Positions 37,876 through 40,273 of a stretch of 40,273 bases of DNA are shown piece after piece. Position 1 is the stretch's first letter. Each line of letters begins with the position of its first letter. The stretch covers positions 1-40,273 of the forward strand of contig JBDHDE010000024.1 in assembly GCA_039591655.1 (NCBI GenBank), read 5' to 3'. Under the pieces are notes generated by a model, which was given only the letters and a program-made list of their open reading frames with translations, was not told the origin of the DNA and made no database searches. The translations under genes were made by a program, and so were the position numbers. The DNA is from Gemmatimonadota bacterium. GTDB taxonomy: Bacteria; Gemmatimonadota; Gemmatimonadetes; Gemmatimonadales; GWC2-71-9.

Positions 37876-39143
37876 CTACCCCTCCGCCTGCCGCTCCGCC
37901 TCCTGCGTCGCCTTCACCGTGATCGTCTCTAGCCCGTGGGCGTCGGGCCCGGTCTCCTGCTTCCGCAGCAGATGCCGGCGGCGTAGCCCTCGGGGTTAGC
38001 GGGGCTGGCCCCGAAGGCATCGTTGGTTCTCCCGATGCCCCAGTTCATCCCCGCTACACCGAGCTGCTGCACCAGCGTCATTAGGGCGTACCCCGTGCCG
38101 AGGCGGCGCTCCGGCACGATGTACGCGACCGCCGGCCACATCACAGCGGGAATGAGCGAGAACGCGATGCCCATCATTACAACGGGAATGCCCAGCGGTA
38201 CCAGCTTGTAGGCCATCATCAGGTAGACGGGCATGAGCAGGAAGGAGCCCACCGCCATGAACAGGGCGCGCTTCCCGAACCGGTCCACCAGCAAGCCGAA
38301 CAGCGGAGTGGCGATCATGGCCGCCAGGGGCAGGATGCTGTTCATGGCGCCGGCGGCCTCCCGCGTGAGGCCGTGGCCCTCGATGAAGAATTTGATGGCG
38401 AAGCTGCGGAACGGGAAGATCGCCGAGTAGAACGTGACGCACAGGGCGACCACCAGCCAGAACGACCGATCGAAGCGGAACAGGTCGGACACAACGAGCC
38501 GGTCGATCTCGCCCCGCTCACCGAGCTTGTAGCGACGCCGCGCCCCCACCTCGAGCATGCCGTAGCCGACGGCGGGGACGACGCACAGCAGGCTCAACAC
38601 CGCCGCCACCACGAGCGGCCCCTGCCAACCCGTGTAGGCGAAACTGGCCCAGGTGGGCGAGTTGTCGGCCGCCACCTGACCGAGCCGGGCGAACGTCAGG
38701 TTGAGCCCGAACGCGAAGCTCAGCTCCTTCCCCTTGAACCACTTCGCCAGCGCCGTCGTGACCGCCACGATGAGCGGCTCGGACCCGAAGCCCAGGAGGA
38801 ACCGCGCTACCAGCATGACCGTGAAATCGGCGGACAGCGCGTTGACGATCGCCGCGACCATGCACACGGCGCCGAAGAAGATGATGGAGATGACGGTGCC
38901 GAAGCGGTCGATTACGATGCCGCCGACGAGCAGCACGATCACGGCGGCGATGCTGTACACCGAGTAGAGCTGACCGATGTTCTCGTCGCTGAACCCCAGG
39001 TCGGCTTTGAGGATGTCTGCAATCGGCGCGATGGAGTCGTAGACGTAGTAGTTCCCGAACATCACGAGGCTTACCACGACAAGCGCCGCCCAACGGTACA
39101 GCGTCGGCGGCGGCCTCAGCGTAGCGGCCTGGGTGTCGTTCAT
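37876..39143 (-). pseudogene. MFS transporter (MFSD1-like) with frameshifting deletion at ~37972
   Basis: MFS motif A (GIVIDRFG; GLLVDRFGKR), ARF.LG.G.E, WFKGKE. Main frame turns to non-TM sequence after GYAAG; the alternative frame gives LLRKQETGPDAHGLETIT..* at 37876. Confidence 0.75.
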
Positions 39144-39259
39144 GGGTGTGGTCCTCGGCTGGAGCTCGTTAGAGAGGGCTGGCAGGTACCCGTCCGGCAC
39201 CCCACACGACGGCTGAGAAGATGCGGCGCGGGCCCGGGGAGGGCAAACGCCCGGCAGTC

Positions 39260-39290
39260 AAATGACAAGCGCGGCCCTTGCGGGCCGCGC
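39260..39290 (-). terminator. Intrinsic terminator after the ECF sigma gene
   Basis: 9-bp stem GCGCGGCCC/GGGCCGCGC, GCAA (GNRA) loop on the minus strand, then TTGTCATTT. Confidence 0.7.
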
Positions 39291-39347
39291 CCTCACCTGA
39301 GGATCGTATGGGTGAGGAGTGGACGGGGGCCGGCCACCCCCGCCCGC

Positions 39348-39995
39348 TTAAGAAGCCAGCGCCAGCTGGGGCCGTATGTAGCCCATCTCCGTGGCGTAGG
39401 CGTAGAGCTTGCGCTGCAACGCCTGACGCGCCCGGTGCACCCGGGACTTCACCGTGCCGAGGGGTGCGCCGACCCTGCGGGCGATCGTGGCATACGGCAG
39501 GCCGTGTATGTCGCTCAGCAGGATCGCTTCCTTGTACTCCCGGGGAAGCGCATCGATGGCCTCCACGACCTCGTCGTCCACGATCTGGTCGAAGAAGTCC
39601 CCCTCGGGATCCACGTCCTGACCCTCTCCCAGTATGGCAAAGCGCTCCAGCGTCTCGACGCTGAGGCTATCCACCTCCCGCCGGCGCCGGCGGTACTCGT
39701 TGATGAACGTGTTGCGCAGGATCGTGGCGAGCCATGCCCGCACGTTGGACGTGGGATCGAACCGCTCCCAGGAGCGGCAGGCCTTGAGCATGGTCTCCTG
39801 CACCAGGTCCTCGGCCACGGCCGGCTCGCCGCTCAACCGCAGGCCGAAGCGATACAGGAAGTCCACGTGCTGGAGCGCCGCCTCCTCGAACGCCTGCCGC
39901 CTGTCCCTCTCGGGTGCGGAATCCGTTTCATTCACCGTACACGGGCGATTCACCGTCCCCGCGGTCGGCTGGTTATCGGTAGCGAAGGCGATCAT
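39348..39995 (-). CDS. ECF sigma-70 factor
   Basis: AEDLVQET..KA...W..F, WL.TILRN.FIN.YR, LSDI.GL.Y..IA, GTVKSRVHRAR; ATGA overlap with the STAS gene. Confidence 0.92.
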   Translation of the reverse strand: MIAFATDNQPTAGTVNRPCTVNETDSAPERDRRQAFEEAALQHVDFLYRFGLRLSGEPAVAEDLVQETMLKACRSWERFDPTSNVRAWLATILRNTFINEYRRRRREVDSLSVETLERFAILGEGQDVDPEGDFFDQIVDDEVVEAIDALPREYKEAILLSDIHGLPYATIARRVGAPLGTVKSRVHRARQALQRKLYAYATEMGYIRPQLALAS

Positions 39996-40255
39996 GAGGG
40001 CTCCTTGTCTCCCAGGAGGGCGGCGATGAAGGGAGGCGCGTGCACGATCCGCACACAGGCGGCGACCAAGCGCCGCAGCATCGCCAGCCCCCGCCGGTCG
40101 ACGGAGTCCACGTCCGCGAAATCCAACTGGACGCAGTTCCCGCCATCGATGCGGGTGAGGCACTCCTGCTCCAGGACCGCCACCGCCTCACCGGCGATGC
40201 GGCCCTCGATCTTCAGGGTGATCTCTGGAGGGGCTGTTTGCGTTATGCGAAACAC
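39992..40255 (-). CDS. STAS-like (anti-sigma antagonist-like) small protein
   Basis: RIT...TLKIEGRI, LDFADVDSVD..GL..L..L, PPFI..LL. Confidence 0.75.
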   Translation of the reverse strand: MFRITQTAPPEITLKIEGRIAGEAVAVLEQECLTRIDGGNCVQLDFADVDSVDRRGLAMLRRLVAACVRIVHAPPFIAALLGDKEPS

Positions 40256-40273
40256 GACTGCCTCGGACCTCGA

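Noticed and set aside
1..40273. CRISPR arrays, tRNA/rRNA, transposases, integrases, defence genes
   Set aside because: I saw no spaced direct repeats, cloverleaf/T-loop signatures or relevant protein motifs in the intergenic regions or ORFs

Overview
High-GC bacterial chromosomal segment, most likely Gemmatimonadota (inferred from gene content: BTAD-TolB-like-TPR regulator, short region-1.1-less RpoD-type sigma, rpmE-prfA-prmC-ylbF-tmk-ctpA order). About 37 CDS are packed into translationally coupled operons. I saw no tRNA, rRNA, CRISPR array or transposase. Left to right: (1) the end of an accessory cluster (frameshifted PpiC-like protein, HupE/UreJ fusion, 'transporter suffix' protein, TMEM175, truncated carbonic-anhydrase-like stub); (2) a housekeeping operon rpmE..DUF2520; (3) a cyclic-nucleotide-linked cluster: crp, a Crp box, MBL hydrolase, CsgG/TPR protein, MlaE, an MlaF with all ATPase motifs degenerate, MlaD and a GAF/HD-GYP protein (best candidate for an undescribed system); (4) rimO-spoIID-OMP-Gfo-lnt; (5) a structured intergenic element and an RpoD-type sigma; (6) larE-thpR-hypothetical-sigma54 response regulator; (7) a BTAD regulator divergent from a six-gene GMC/Gfo/membrane/VTT/hydrolase operon; (8) comM/yifB, an MFS gene with a frameshifting deletion, and a STAS-ECF sigma pair. 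All product calls come from motif recognition by eye; no database was searched.
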